Numbered from the whole stretch's first letter, positions 23,634-37,290 are shown. The stretch is DNA of 63,980 bases, filler included, from Octopus bimaculoides (GCF_001194135.2; 9 parts of 8 records of this genome joined end to end with filler, not necessarily neighbours in it); one strand, 5' to 3'. Numbers and translations: made by a program. Notes: generated from the letters alone by a model not told the origin.

Positions 23634-24818
23634 CAGGGTGCGTAAGGTATTTGAGGACATACCTCTTTGGGGGTCATTGCTGCATATTTTGCTAACTCTG
23701 TATAATCTTTCTTTCAGAAAATGATAATGGTAGACCTTCAGCTTACTCTAGAAAGGAAACGACACGCTGTTATTGTGGTTATAAAGTCTGAGCGTAGCGA
23801 TTTGGAAATATCTCGATTTTTAAAAGTTGCCAGATCTTACGTCTACAAAGTTTGTAAGGAGCTAGAGACTGAAGATGGAACCGTATCACCAGTATCAAAG
23901 CATAAAAAGCATTCTAAACGCTCTGAAATCATCAGAATACCTGAATTTATCCAACAAGTTCAACAGACCATTGATTACAATCCCAGAAAGTCCATAAAGT
24001 CAATTGCAAAAGATCTCTATGTGTTAGAAGGAACAGTCAGAAATGTTGTCTACGAAGACATCAGATATAAGTCTTATATGATGAGGAAAGGTCAATTTGT
24101 CAGAAAAAGCAAAAGAAAACTGAAAATTGAAAAAAACTGAAAAATGCAGCAGAAGATTTGAATTGGTTTTTCTCAAACATAACAGAAGAAATTTCAGACC
24201 CTTCTGAAGTTCCAAGGGTTATGCATACAAACTTTCCTGCAACTGTCATGGTTTTAGAGGTTATCAGCAATGAAGGACATGTGATGCCTCCTTACTTCTT
24301 TACACAAGGTCTTAGAGTTAACTCTGCCGCCTACATTGAGGTCCTGGATATAATTGTTAAGCCCTGGAAAGACAGTGTATGCAATGGAAGGCCATATGTG
24401 TTTCAGTAAGACTCTGCACTATCACACATGGCTCTAGTAACACAGGAATGGATAGCTGAAAATTTTCATGCTCACATGACCCCTAACATTTGGCCTCCTA
24501 ATTTCCCAGATCTCAATCCATTGGACTATTGCATGTGGAGCGTTGTTGTGAGAGGTCAATGAACACACCCATAACACCAAAGATTCTTTGAAAGCTGCCA
24601 TAGTGAGAGTAATGTCCAAAATGAACCAGGACCACTTGATTCTACCATGGAGATGATTTAGATCTCATATAGAAGCAGTTGTTGAAGTTGAAGGTAGCTT
24701 TAGTGAATAACATTATAGAAAAGAAGGTTTATTTTTATCCTCATGGCATTTTTTTATAAAGTTATTATCTCTTATTATATATCAGTTTTTTTTTATAAAC
24801 ATAAATCTGTCCTCACTC
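23634..24818 (+). mobile_element. Decayed maT (DD37D) transposon with internal deletion
   Basis: TA-CAGGGTG start and N-terminal HTH ORF 23721-24140. C-terminal KFP-like TNFPATVMVL...FQ*DSALSH...WPPNFPDLNPLDY with 37 residues between the Ds. Confidence 0.88.
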
Positions 24819-25659
24819 NNNNNNNNNNNNNNNNNNNNNNNNNNNNNNNNNNNNNNNNNNNNNNNNNNNNNNNNNNNNNNNNNNNNNNNNNNNNNNNNNN
24901 NNNNNNNNNNNNNNNNNNNNNNNNNNNNNNNNNNNNNNNNNNNNNNNNNNNNNNNNNNNNNNNNNNNNNNNNNNNNNNNNNNNNNNNNNNNNNNNNNNNN
25001 NNNNNNNNNNNNNNNNNNNNNNNNNNNNNNNNNNNNNNNNNNNNNNNNNNNNNNNNNNNNNNNNNNNNNNNNNNNNNNNNNNNNNNNATATATATATATA
25101 TATAAAAGCAAGAAACAAGTAGTAATAAACAGGCGACAATTGAGGAAGAGACTTCTTTTGGTATTTTCTCCTGTACTTATCTCTCGTGCGTTTACGTATC
25201 TTTCACTCGCTGGTGATCCCCTGTATCTAATGTGTATTCTTAATTATGTATATATATATGTATATAAAGAAAATAAAACAAGGTAGAAAATGCTAAAAAG
25301 ATTTTATAATGAAATACATTTTGAATGGTTAGTACTGGTTTCAGTCTTTTCGACTTTTTCCACTTAGAGTAAAATAAAGGTGGATATTAAGAAGAAAAAC
25401 AATTAAAGTGAAGAAAAAATTAAATTAAATGTTTTGTAAATATTTCCTTAGTCTCCAAATAGGTAGGACATTTTCCTTCTTTCTGTCTGTCTGTCTCTTT
25501 CTCTCTCTCTCTCTTTATCTTTTCCTTTATGAAGACTTGGTAGGTAGTAGTAGATCTGAAAAAATAGTGTTTATGGGTGCAGAGAAATATTTGGTTCTGA
25601 AGTTTGATGGTTTAAGCAGCAGCAGCAAGCGAGGAAGTAGAATGCGAAGAACAACAATA

Positions 25660-27385
25660 CGACTATATGACTAACTTCAAAATAAATCCAATCAAATTTA
25701 CTGTATTCCTAATATACACAAAAGTGAAAAAATTAGTAGCACATGCAAGGGAGCCACAGACATAATAGTCAAGGTGCTTCCACCTAATGATTTCAAATTA
25801 AGACCTACAATAGCAGGCCCTACATGCGAAACTCACCGCCTCAGCAACTTTTTAGACACCCTTTTAAGACCATTCCTCAAGCACATCAAAAGCTACACAA
25901 GGGACGATCTAGGTATGCTCAACCACCTCCCTGAAACAATTAATAGAAACAAAAACTACTAGTATCTTTCTATATAGCCAACCTGTATTCTAATATCCCC
26001 CACAACTTAGGAATAGAGGCAATACAATTCTGGCTAGAGAATTACTCCAATGAGCTCCCACACTGCATCAACAAAGAATTCGTAAAAGAAGGGCTAAAAT
26101 TCATCTTGGAGAATAACTTCTTCATATTCAATGACAACTTCTATGGAGAGAAATCGGGGACTGCGATGTATACGAGAATGGCCCCCTCCTTTGCTAACCT
26201 AGTTATGGGGTACCTAGAAATCACACTTTATCGTAAAGTGGTAGAAAATACGGAAACCCGCTCTCACTTTACATAGAAAATAACTGGAAGAGATATCTAG
26301 ATGACTACTTCATTCTTTGGCGTGAAAGTATTGAGGGAGTTAAAGAATTTCAATCACTTCTAAATGTACTTGACATAAACATTCAATTTACTATGGGATA
26401 TAGCCATTAATAACTTCCATTTCTCAACATCTTCATTAACAAATCCAACAGCAAAATAGAAACTGACATATACTATAAGCCCACGGATTCCAAGTCATAT
26501 CTACCGTTCAACTCATGCCACCTCAGACACACTAGAATGAATATCACTTTCAACTTGTCAAAAAGGATTTGCACTATAGTATCTGATACAAGCGTCAGGG
26601 AAACACGACTACATGACCTAAAGGATACACTCATCACCAGGAATTACCCACCATCACTAATTGATATCGGTTTTCAACGTTCCCTAGAACTCAACATCCA
26701 CGAACTCAGACATCCCAAGCTAAAGAATCAATTACAACCCAAAACCCTACCATACATCTCCACACACATCCCCCTTAACAATGAGGCCTTCGACACAATC
26801 CTTCAGGACATTCCTTTACTAAAAAGGGACCGTAGAATGAATCAAATTCTGCAAACGCACACCATCGTAAAGAGCAAAGACAACCTAAGTCAATGAAAAG
26901 TCTTCTAACACAAGCCCTAGTACACTCGTCAACAGCATCGAAACTAACAGTAAAAAAATGCGAAAGACCTAGCTGTGGTATATGCGTCAACCTAATTGAG
27001 GGATCGGAGTTCTCTTTCAAACAGGGTCAACGTTTTACAGTGAAAAACAACTTTGCATGTGCTTCGGAAAACTTGATATATGTGTTAACTTGCTCAGGGT
27101 ATCGAGAGCAATACATTGGTCAAACTAAAAACAGTCTACACCAGAGGATGACCGTACATAGATACCAGATTAAAATACGGGAATACAGAAAAATAACATG
27201 AAGTGAACACATCGACATTTGCGCCACTAATGAACAACTCAACTTTAGAATTTTTCCCCTCTATGAATTTAGGGACAATGCAAACTATAATCAGCGCATT
27301 AGCAAAGAATCATTTTATCACAAAATATAAACCGATTTTGAATGCTTCCACTACAGATGACACTACTATAAAGATCTTAGAATAA
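25660..27385 (+). mobile_element. Penelope-like element (Naiad/Poseidon-type RT + GIY-YIG), decayed
   Basis: KLRPTIAGP, LYSNIPH, APSFANLVMGYLE, WKRYLDD, YYKPTDSKSYL, CxxxxCxxC, LIYVLTC...QYIGQT; several frameshifts and stops. Confidence 0.92.
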
Positions 27386-27527
27386 TACCCACGCAAGTAT
27401 TAAAAATGACAGATATATTAAATCGCTACACATGAATGTATTTACCATAACAGATCACAATTAGGTCACTTGACCATTCAAGTAGATTCCACAGATAGCC
27501 TCTACTACTGAGTCATACCACTCCCGT

Positions 27528-27603
27528 CTTCTTCTTCTTCTTCTTCTTCTTCTTCTTCTTCTTCTTCTTCTTCTTCTTCTTCTTCTTCTTCTTCTTCTTC
27601 TTC
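27528..27603. repeat. (CTT)n microsatellite
   Basis: Read directly. Confidence 0.95.
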
Positions 27604-28744
27604 TGCTTTCCTTCTTCCCCTCCTTCTTCTTCGCTTTCTCCTTCCTCGGATGCTGCTACTTAAACAATCAAATTTCAGAACCAAATATTTCTCTGCAAAA
27701 ATAAACACGTTTTTTTCAGATCTACTACTACCTACCTTCACGAAGGAAGAGAGAGTGAAAGAGAGAGAAAGAGAGAGAGAGAGGGGGGNNNNNNNNNNNN
27801 NNNNNNNNNNNNNNNNNNNNNNNNNNNNNNNNNNNNNNNNNNNNNNNNNNNNNNNNNNNNNNNNNNNNNNNNNNNNNNNNNNNNNNNNNNNNNNNNNNNN
27901 NNNNNNNNNNNNNNNNNNNNNNNNNNNNNNNNNNNNNNNNNNNNNNNNNNNNNNNNNNNNNNNNNNNNNNNNNNNNNNNNNNNNNNNNNNNNNNNNNNNN
28001 NNNNNNNNNNNNNNNNNNNNNNNNNNNNNNNNNNNNNNNNNNNNNNNNNNNNNNNNNNNNNNNNNNNNNNNNNNNNNNNNNNNNNNNNNNNNNNNNNNNN
28101 NNNNNNNNNNNNNNNNNNNNNNNNNNNNNNNNNNNNNNNNNNNNNNNNNNNNNNNNNNNNNNNNNNNNNNNNNNNNNNNNNNNNNNNNNNNNNNNNNNNN
28201 NNNNNNNNNNNNNNNNNNNNNTATATATACATATATATACACACACACATACATATATATTTATACATACGTATATATGATCAAACAGGCTCCAAAGAAC
28301 CTGTATGTACGCATGTATATATTTGTATGTAATTATGTATGTATATATTCATTCTTAATTGTGGATGGACTCAGCTACCAGTGGTTTCCTAAAGCGAAGT
28401 TTTTTACAATTGTTCAAGCATACCGTATGGGAACGTTGGTACTCGTCTCCATTTTGGATCATAATACACAAAGTTACACGAGACTATACAGGATTTCAAA
28501 ATAAATAAATATCTATATAGACCACGGGAGGTAAGTTCTAAGGGAATCTTAATTGTTGTCTCCCTTGCATTAGCCCTGGATTTTTTGCAAGAAACTGCGT
28601 TCACCATGGATTATTGAATTCCTTAATCATCATATATGAGAACGCTTGTGCACGTCCACATTTATAAATATATACACAGGTATATTCATATACACACCCA
28701 TAAAAAAGCACACAAGCGTATACATAAACCCACAAACCAGGATT

Positions 28745-29905
28745 TTATTACTGAAACGTTAAAATTTATACTTAAGAACACTTATTGCCTATTTTAATGA
28801 CACCTACTATCGTCAAAAGCGCGGAATTGCGATGGGAACGAAAGCAGCCCCTGTACTTGTGAACCTAATATTGTGCTATTTTGAATTCACCATATATGAA
28901 GTGTCACTGCAAAAGTACGGATATCCATTTCACCATTGTATCAGAGAGAACTGGAAATGATATGTAGATATCATTTGGAATGAGAATATTGATAAACTTT
29001 TAGAATTTAAATCAATACTAAATTATATAAACCCTAACATTCCATTTATAATGGAATATAGCAAAGAACAGTTCCCTTTCTTAGATATTAGGATTTAAAA
29101 AAATTGTAACTGATATTTAGCATAAACCAACGGACTCGAAGAAATATCTTCTGTTTAGCTCATGCTACCCGAAACACTTCAAAAGAAATATCCCTTTTAA
29201 TCTAACGAAAAGGATTTGCACAATAGTGTCTGGTGCAAATACTCAGGCCCTCCGTCTTTAAGACCTCAGAACAACACTAACTGAAATAGAATATCCACCC
29301 TCACTTATAGATGATGGAATTAAGCGTGCCAAGAAATTAGGCATTAAAACACTAAGGGAAACAAAGGAAACACATCATCTCAAAACCCTATATATCAACT
29401 CACAACCCTAGGAACAATGAGGCATACAACATTATTCTACAAAATCTACCTATGCTCACTAGGGATGCAAACATGAACAATATTCTGAAAACATAAATTC
29501 ATCAAATGCAAAAAGAAACACAAATCGCTGAAAAAACTTCTGACGAATGCGAAGCTCAACACAACAACTACGGAACCAATGGTTAAAAAATGTGGACATC
29601 CAAACTGTGGAACATGCCACAACCTACTGGAAGGCTCAGAATTCCTATTCAAACAAGGAGAGAGGTTCACAATTAAAACCAACTTCACTTTGCTTCCGAG
29701 AATCAAATTTATGTTATAACTTGTTCAGGATGTGGACATAACTATATAGGACAGACAAGCACTACATTTAGACGGAAAACTACACTACATAAGGAATAGA
29801 TCCATTTTCCAAAGTTCAAAGAGATTCCTTAGAGTGAACACATAGAGAGATGTTCAGATAATAGCCAACCAAACTTCACAGTTTTCTCCATCTACTAGTG
29901 CAAAG
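28745..29905 (+). mobile_element. Second, diverged Naiad/Poseidon-type PLE fragment (RT C-half + GIY-YIG)
   Basis: GIAMGTKAAPVLVNL, KPTDSKKYL, KRNIPFNLTKRICTIVS, KKCGHPNCGTC, ITCSGCGHNYIG; many disruptions. Confidence 0.88.
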
Positions 29906-29914
29906 AAACTATTT

Positions 29915-30320
29915 CTGGCTGCGTAGTAAGAAGCTGGCTTCCCAACCACACGGTTCCGGGTTCAGTCCCACTGCGTGGCAACTTGGGCAAGTGTCTTCTA
30001 CTATAGCCTCAGATCGACAATAAGCCTTGTGAGTGGATTTGGTAGACGGAAACTGTATGTATATATATGTATATATATGTATATATATATGTGTGTGTGT
30101 GTATGTGTGTTGTTTGTGTATGTGTTTGTGCCTTCCCCTACCATCGCTTGATAACCGATGGTCGTGTGTTTACGTCCCCGTCACCTAGGACCGATAGAAT
30201 AAGTACTAAGCTTACAAAGAATAAGTACTGGGTTCGATTATTCGACTAAATATGGTACTCCAGCATAGCCGCAGTCAAACGACTGAAATAAGTAAAAGAG
30301 TAAAAGAGTAAAAAAGAGTA
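29915..30320 (+). mobile_element. Family B composite SINE (well preserved)
   Basis: ggctgcgtagtaagaagc...ggttccgggttcagtccc (B-box), CORE-like acttgggcaagtgtcttctactatagcctc, microsatellite, tail. Confidence 0.9.
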
Positions 30321-31694
30321 AGAACGTTTATATAAAGAAATTTTTATTTATCAAAAAATACAGAACACGCCTAAATATTAATGCATAACCAACTTTGGTC
30401 TCAGTATATATTTCAATTCTTGATCACATACCCATCATTGTATATATTTCATCTCTATACTTTAGCTTTTGAGTTACTGAATATTTATTTATCCCCACGC
30501 GCTACTTCCCCAAAAATAAGCAATTACCTCCTCTGTCCGGAATACGTGTTGGTTCATTGACAAACGTCCTTCCAAAAAAATGGACCAAAATCTTCTTAAG
30601 AAAATACGAAATTACAATGATAATGTCATGATTAGCGAAACTGGTTGACAGACACAATACTCTTTAACTTATAAAATATATTTTAAAATATATTAAAATT
30701 ATGTAAACTGTGTACATTTTCGTTCTTTTATTTCGTGTTTTCTGTACTCGTTTATGATTTTGTCTACGCTTTGTTTACATTGTCCTGTACCCAGATATGC
30801 ATCTATATATACAGGTAGATGTAAGTATGTGCATACATGTACGTATATATGCATATACACATTTATTATTTGTATCACATGACCGAACGCTAAGCGTCCT
30901 TCCTTGCAAGTAAGTTCTTAAACTATTTTTTTGACGCTACTCTACTTACCTTTGTATCTTTCTCTCCCACTCTCGTTCTTCCATCTGCTGTTCTCCGCCT
31001 CTCTCCTTCTCTACTATATCTCTTTCTTTCTCCCTGTCTCTCTTTGCTCACCTATCTTCTACTTCCTCCCCTTTCTTCTCCCTCTACTACTCTTTCTCCT
31101 ACCCTTCCCTGGTCACGTGTCTTTCTACGTATCTTCCTTTATATCTTCGCCTTCGCGAAGCTAGCTCGAACAAATATTCGTCTCCTTTCCAGTTCGTTGC
31201 TTCACAGGGTTCAGCACATATAATTTTTTCACGTCTGGCCGTATAGCCTTCTTGTTTGTTCTCTCTGTTTCGTTTTCCTGTTTTGTTTTGTCCGCCACTA
31301 CATTCCTCCACGTTACAAATTTAATTTGAATTAATTTAAATTTAAATTTAATTTGTAGTCCGTGGGAAGAGAGGTTTTAACGATGCGTCCTGCCCTACTC
31401 TACGAAACGCGTGCGTTAGAATGGGGGCAGCTGATGAAGTGAATGTTCTCTATGTGGCCTGTGAGTTTTCTGTACTCGTTTATCATTTTGTCTACGCTTT
31501 GTTTACATTGTCCTGTACCCAGATATGCATCTATATATACAGGTAGATGTAAGTATGTACATACATGTACGTATATATGCATATACTCATTTATTATNNN
31601 NNNNNNNNNNNNNNNNNNNNNNNNNNNNNNNNNNNNNNNNNNNNNNNNNNNNNNNNNNNNNNNNNNNNNNATATATATATATATATATATATAT

Positions 31695-32510
31695 ATACGT
31701 ATATTATATATAAATTACGGCTTCAACGCAATAAACTTGAAGATCAGTGGATTGAGAAACTTAGGAAAAGTAAACGAAAAACTATCAACAGCATACCGAA
31801 GTCCCCAGCCCAAAGCAGACTCAGACAGAATATATCTACCCCGCTCGGAAGGAAGCCGTGGCCTGATACAGCAAGAGAACTATTATAAAATAACAACAGT
31901 TGTAAGGTACAAGACAACGACCAGGCCACAATCATCAGGAGTATGCCTATTCAAACCATCAAAGAAATAAAAGTTAATCCCCGCCACCAAAAAAAAAACA
32001 CCCTCTTACTGATAGACATTTGACCAAATTATTGTCGAAAACGAAGTGGAGAAATTGTCAAAGTACAAAGATCTCGAAATAGAAGTTTTCACGATGTGGG
32101 GCATGAAAGTGAATACAATACCAGTAATAACTGGAACATTTGGCATGATAAAAAACAAACATAAGAAAAAACGTAAAAGGTATACCTGGATCCTTAACAC
32201 TATCCAAAAAATAGCCCTGCTGGGAACATCCCACATCCTACGCAAGACACCATCAATTCAATAATACAACCTAAACAAAACAATCCACAAACACAAGACA
32301 CTCTATACAGCAAATATCCAATAAAATAAACTACCACCATCCAGCTGATTACCCAACGCATTATACACATAACACACGATAAAACCATTAATACAACAAA
32401 AGAGTGCACCACACCTCAGAAAAAAAAAGAAAGAAACTGACACAATGCAATACCGGCAAGAGTTTGCACACTCCCTACAACAAAATAGAACGCACAATGC
32501 TGCACACATC
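31695..32510 (+). mobile_element. R4/Dong-clade LINE 3' remnant with internal deletions
   Basis: KADSDRIYLPRSEGSRGLIQ; EKLSKYKDLEIEV...IPVITGTFGMI...IQKIALLGTSHILRK (restriction-like endonuclease tail). Confidence 0.85.
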
Positions 32511-32585
32511 CCAGCAACACGGAGATATAGCTGGTGATGCAGTACAAATATGCCTCAAACTACTAAATGTTAAGCAATGAGGACA

Positions 32586-32718
<133 letters not shown>

Positions 32719-33130
32719 TGGATTCTAAGAGGTTTTTAAAGAGGTTTTGTCGTCGTGGTGTAACCTCATACAGTATTGCACAATCTTATAGATATTACAC
32801 GTCTTACATACCTGCACTACGAGGTTACATCACAAAATATCTCTAAATGTAGCAATTGTAGGTATATCATTTAATCCATTCGTCTGTCTTTAATGTTACA
32901 TCACGCCACGCTCAAATTCCTATTCAGTTCTATTATATTCAAATACTAGTGAACCTCCCGGTTGATGCTACCTCGGTATTTGAATGTATCGTTTGCTTAT
33001 CTGTTGATTTGTGTCATACTATCTAGCCATGAAATGTGGTGTAGTTCTCTTCGATTTGCCTCTATTTATTAAATAGGGCTCCGTTAATCAATATATATAT
33101 ACATACACTATTGAAATCATTATTATTACT

Positions 33131-35308
33131 ATTTACTTTTAATCTGCATGTTGGTTACTATAACACACCGAGACACTTCCAGCGTCCTAGAGTGAGTGAA
33201 GGATAAGAGGTGTTACAGTATGACTGAAAGCTTGGGGATGGGAAGTGGCAGGGGCAGTAGCGAAATATCTTCATGTAATACAACACATACATTTAAATTA
33301 GATAGGGTTTTTCTAAGGATGTGGGCAGTACTTGTCAGCACAGTCTTTTGGATTTCTCTGAGACATGGTTCTCCTGGGATATTATCTAGATGTTTCTGAC
33401 ATCCCTTTCTTATCATACCAAGAACACCCACAAAAACAGGAAGTTCTCGCTTTAAGATACCATACCTTTTGTATTTCAATTACCAGATCCTCATATTTAC
33501 TTAATTTGTCAAATTCCTTGACAGATATATTTTTATCAGTGGGAACACTTACATCTATTAGTCTACAAGTATTTTCTTCCCCGTCTTTAATGACTCTAAC
33601 TGATCAATTAGCCTGGATCATTCTGTCAGTGTTGACTGGAAAATCCCAGAAGATAGTGACATTTTTACCTTCAACAACTGACTCAGGATGGTGTTCATAT
33701 CAGTAAGCAAGAGTGCTAATTTTGTAGTGTTTACATATTTTCCAATGTAAATAATGTCCTACCCTATCGTGGCGATTTTTGCATTCGTTTGGTGTTAGCA
33801 CAAGACATCCCGAGACGAGATGGTCTATTGTTTCATCAAATTTATCGCAGAACCTGCATTTAGGGTCAGAACCGTTTTGTAGAACGTTAGTCTGGTAGAT
33901 TTTTATAAGCAAGCTTTGATCGCCAATATGAAACCTTAAGTCTCTGCTTTCAGTCCTGAACTTCTCAGCCACTGACAGGTCGTTGCTTGGTCTACATCAG
34001 CATTCCGGTTTCGAAGTATATACTGTTCATGCAGAGGTTTCTGGCTCCACCGCTCTTCAATTTGTTTCTGCCCGTTCTTTTTTGCAGTCTGTTTGATCCC
34101 CTTTGCTTTTTTTGTGGCAGTGGTTTCAGGTTCTTTACCTAATGCAGGGTTAATGCCAAGTTCACTTGCGAATTTGCAAGCTTCCTTGACAATAGACTGT
34201 GCTTTCGTGTTCGCCCACAAATCGCAGCATCCAGTCCCCTGTACTAGATAAGTACCTGTTCATTACTATTGTTGAGGTCCTATAGCACAGGCGATCAACG
34301 TCTGCTTTTGGGAGGTACATGTTTTTAGGTGTTAGTAGTTTTCTTGTCTTTCTGCCCAGGCGTTGGATGTAGACAGATTTCAGTTAATGTAGGATTCCAG
34401 TTAATGATGTTAAAACTATATTGGACTATTTGGAAGTGCCAGGGTGTTAATGGCTTCGATGCGATTTTTGAAGTTGAGTTCAGTTTTTAGTATGAGCCGT
34501 ATTTTTTCTTCTGTAATATTCTTGTCGCATTTTTTATTCATAGTAGCATGTTGCATACCGTCTCCTTCGTTTATCCCCAGGTATTTATTGCTTTCTTGTA
34601 AGTCAAGCTCCTTGATGTTAGTGTCGATATCTAATTTAATAGAAACTGTTTGCTTGAGTTTTCCTCTTACACAAGTGGCTTTAGCACACTTATTAAGGTC
34701 AAAATCCATTCCAATGTCATTGCTGAAGTTTGTAACAGTTGTTAACAGCCCTACTAGCTCTTCGTCATTACTAGCAAATAGCTTCAGATCGTCCATATAA
34801 AACATATGATTTACTATAATATCATACATTTTGAATCCATACTTGGTGTTACTCAGTTCGTTTGAGAGTGGGATCAGTGCCATGCAAAAGAGTAATGTGG
34901 TAAGGGAGTCACCTTGAAAGATGCCTCATTTGATGCTGATGTTGTTAGATTGGCTCAACTCCTTATTATGGCCTTAGAAGGAGACGTGTACTCCACTTGG
35001 CCAAGCTACCTTGTAAGAATTTGGAGACTACAGGAGAGATCTTGTATATCTCACGGGCCTTGAGTAGCCAATTATGTAGCACACTATCAAACGCTTTCCT
35101 GTAGTCTCTCCATGCCATACTCAGGTTCTTCCTGTTGTTCCGGCAATTCTCTACAATCATTTTATTTATGAGTAATTTATCTTTGCATCCATAAGAATCC
35201 CTTTTACAGTGTAAATTCTTTCAGTAAGTATGGATGTGAGGATCTTGTAGGTGGTGTCGAGACATGTAATTGGTTGGTGTTCCTTGGATTTTGCGTGTCT
35301 TCAGTTAA

Positions 35309-35309
<1 letters not shown>
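33131..35309 (-). mobile_element. R4/Dong-clade LINE, 5'-truncated and decayed (RT, CCHC knuckle, RLE)
   Basis: WRDYRKAFDSV, NHMFYMDDLKLFA, CRFCDKFDETIDHLVSGC, EIQKTVLTSTAHILRK. Confidence 0.92.
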
Positions 35310-35359
<50 letters not shown>

Positions 35360-35360
<1 letters not shown>

Positions 35361-35573
35361 CCTTCGTATCACAGTGTAGGTAAAAATGCACCGGAGTCTT
35401 TAGTCATCTGTTAATTCACAACAAGGACCTCAGACAGATAATACTTTCCTTAAGATGTGCGCTGTCCCCAATAAGGCTGCTTTTGCAAGACAGCAGTCTT
35501 GCGTGGGATTTCCAGTTGCCTTAAGAAGTTTTGAAGTTTCAAAGGGATTGAGCCCAGCGCTCCGATCACCACC

Positions 35574-35576
<3 letters not shown>
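35360..35576 (-). mobile_element. Short 3' end of a second R4/Dong family, flanked by (TTA)n on both sides
   Basis: VVIGALGSIP...QKAALLGTAHILRKVLSV* plus 3' UTR; TTA arrays at 35310-35359 and ~35576-35626. Confidence 0.85.
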
Positions 35577-35627
<51 letters not shown>

Positions 35628-37249
35628 TAAAACAGTTTAATTTGGTTCCATGCTACTTCAAGTATCGCAGGCCCCTTTTGGGAGCCCGACTCCTTTANNN
35701 NNNNNNNNNNNNNNNNNNNNNNNNNNNNNNNNNNNNNNNNNTTAATTAATTAANNNNNNNNNNNNNNNNNNNNNNNNNNNNNNNNNNNNNNNNNNNNATA
35801 TATATATACATATGTATATATATATGTATATATATATATATATAGGTCTGCATAAGTATGTAGGTAGATACGCAGTTATATATGTAGAGATAATGTCTGT
35901 AAATCAATGTTTGTATGCGTGTGTGCGCGCGTGTGTGTACGTGTGTGTGCGTGAGTGTGTATATACGTACATTTGTGTATGAGTGTGTATTTATGTAATC
36001 TCATACACCTAGCATACTGAATTCAATATATGCGTATGCACTCAAATATACATATATACACACACATATATATGTACGTGTATATACGTATATACATACA
36101 TGTACATATACACACACATACATTTGTGTCTCTATGTATGTACGTGTAATTACTGCGAGTCAGCGTATGTAATCATATACATACACGTGTATTCCCATAC
36201 CTCCACACACTCACTTACATATATACCCAGCAACATACACACCTCCACGCACACAAACGTACATGCACACACAGACACACGCACACATACGCTCACACAT
36301 ACACACATATATTTATATTCTCATATTCACATATACATACAACAATTCTCAACGCTTAACGATTTTAAAAACCTAAGCGCCATAATTTCCGCCTTCATCC
36401 TCTTAATTTCGTTCTCTCATACCCATTTCCTCGTTCTTCTTTCCTTCTTTCTTACAATTTCTTATTTCTTCTCATTTTCTGCCTCCTTTACCTCCTTTTC
36501 TTTTTCGCTCTTTTTTTTCTAATATACATTTTGTTATTAGTCTTTGTTATTTTGTACACATATTTGTATATATATATATATATNNNNNNNNNNNNNNNNN
36601 NNNNNNNNNNNNNNNNNNNNNNNNNNNNNNNNNNNNNNNNNNNNNNNNNNNNNNNNNNNNNNNNNNNNNNNNNNNNNNNNNNNNNNNNNNNNNNNNNNNN
36701 NNNNNNNNNNNNNNNNNNNNNNNNNNNNNNNNNNNNNNNNNNNNNNNNNNNNNNNNNNNNNNNNNNNNNNNNNNNNNNNNNNNNNNNNNNNNNNNNNNNN
36801 NNNNNNNNNNNNNNNNNNNNNNNNNNNNNNNNNNNNNNNNNNNNNNNNNNNNNNNNNNNNNNNNNNNNNNNNNNNNNNNNNNNNNNNNNNNNNNNNNNNN
36901 NNNNNNNNNNNNNNNNNNNNNNNNNNNNNNNNNNNNNNNNNNNNNNNNNNNNNNNNNNNNNNNNNNNNNNNNNNNNNNNNNNNNNNNNNNNNNNNNNNNN
37001 NNNNNNNNNNNNNNNNNNNNNNNNNNNNNNNNNNNNNNNNNNNNNNNNNNNNNNNNNNNNNNNNNNNNNNNNNNNNNNNNNNNNNNNNNNNNNNNNNNNN
37101 NNNNNNNNNNNNNNNNNNNNNNNNNNNNNNNNNNNNNNNNNNNNNNNNNNNNNNNNNNNNNNNNNNNNNNNNNNNNNNNNNNNNNNNNNNNNNNNNNNNN
37201 NNNNNNNNNNNNNNNNNNNNNNNNNNNNNNNNNNNNNNNNNNNNNNNNN

Positions 37250-37290
<41 letters not shown>

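Noticed and set aside
27385-27470. SECIS-like ATGA...AAA...GA downstream of the PLE
   Set aside because: The helix between the core and the AA loop does not base-pair.
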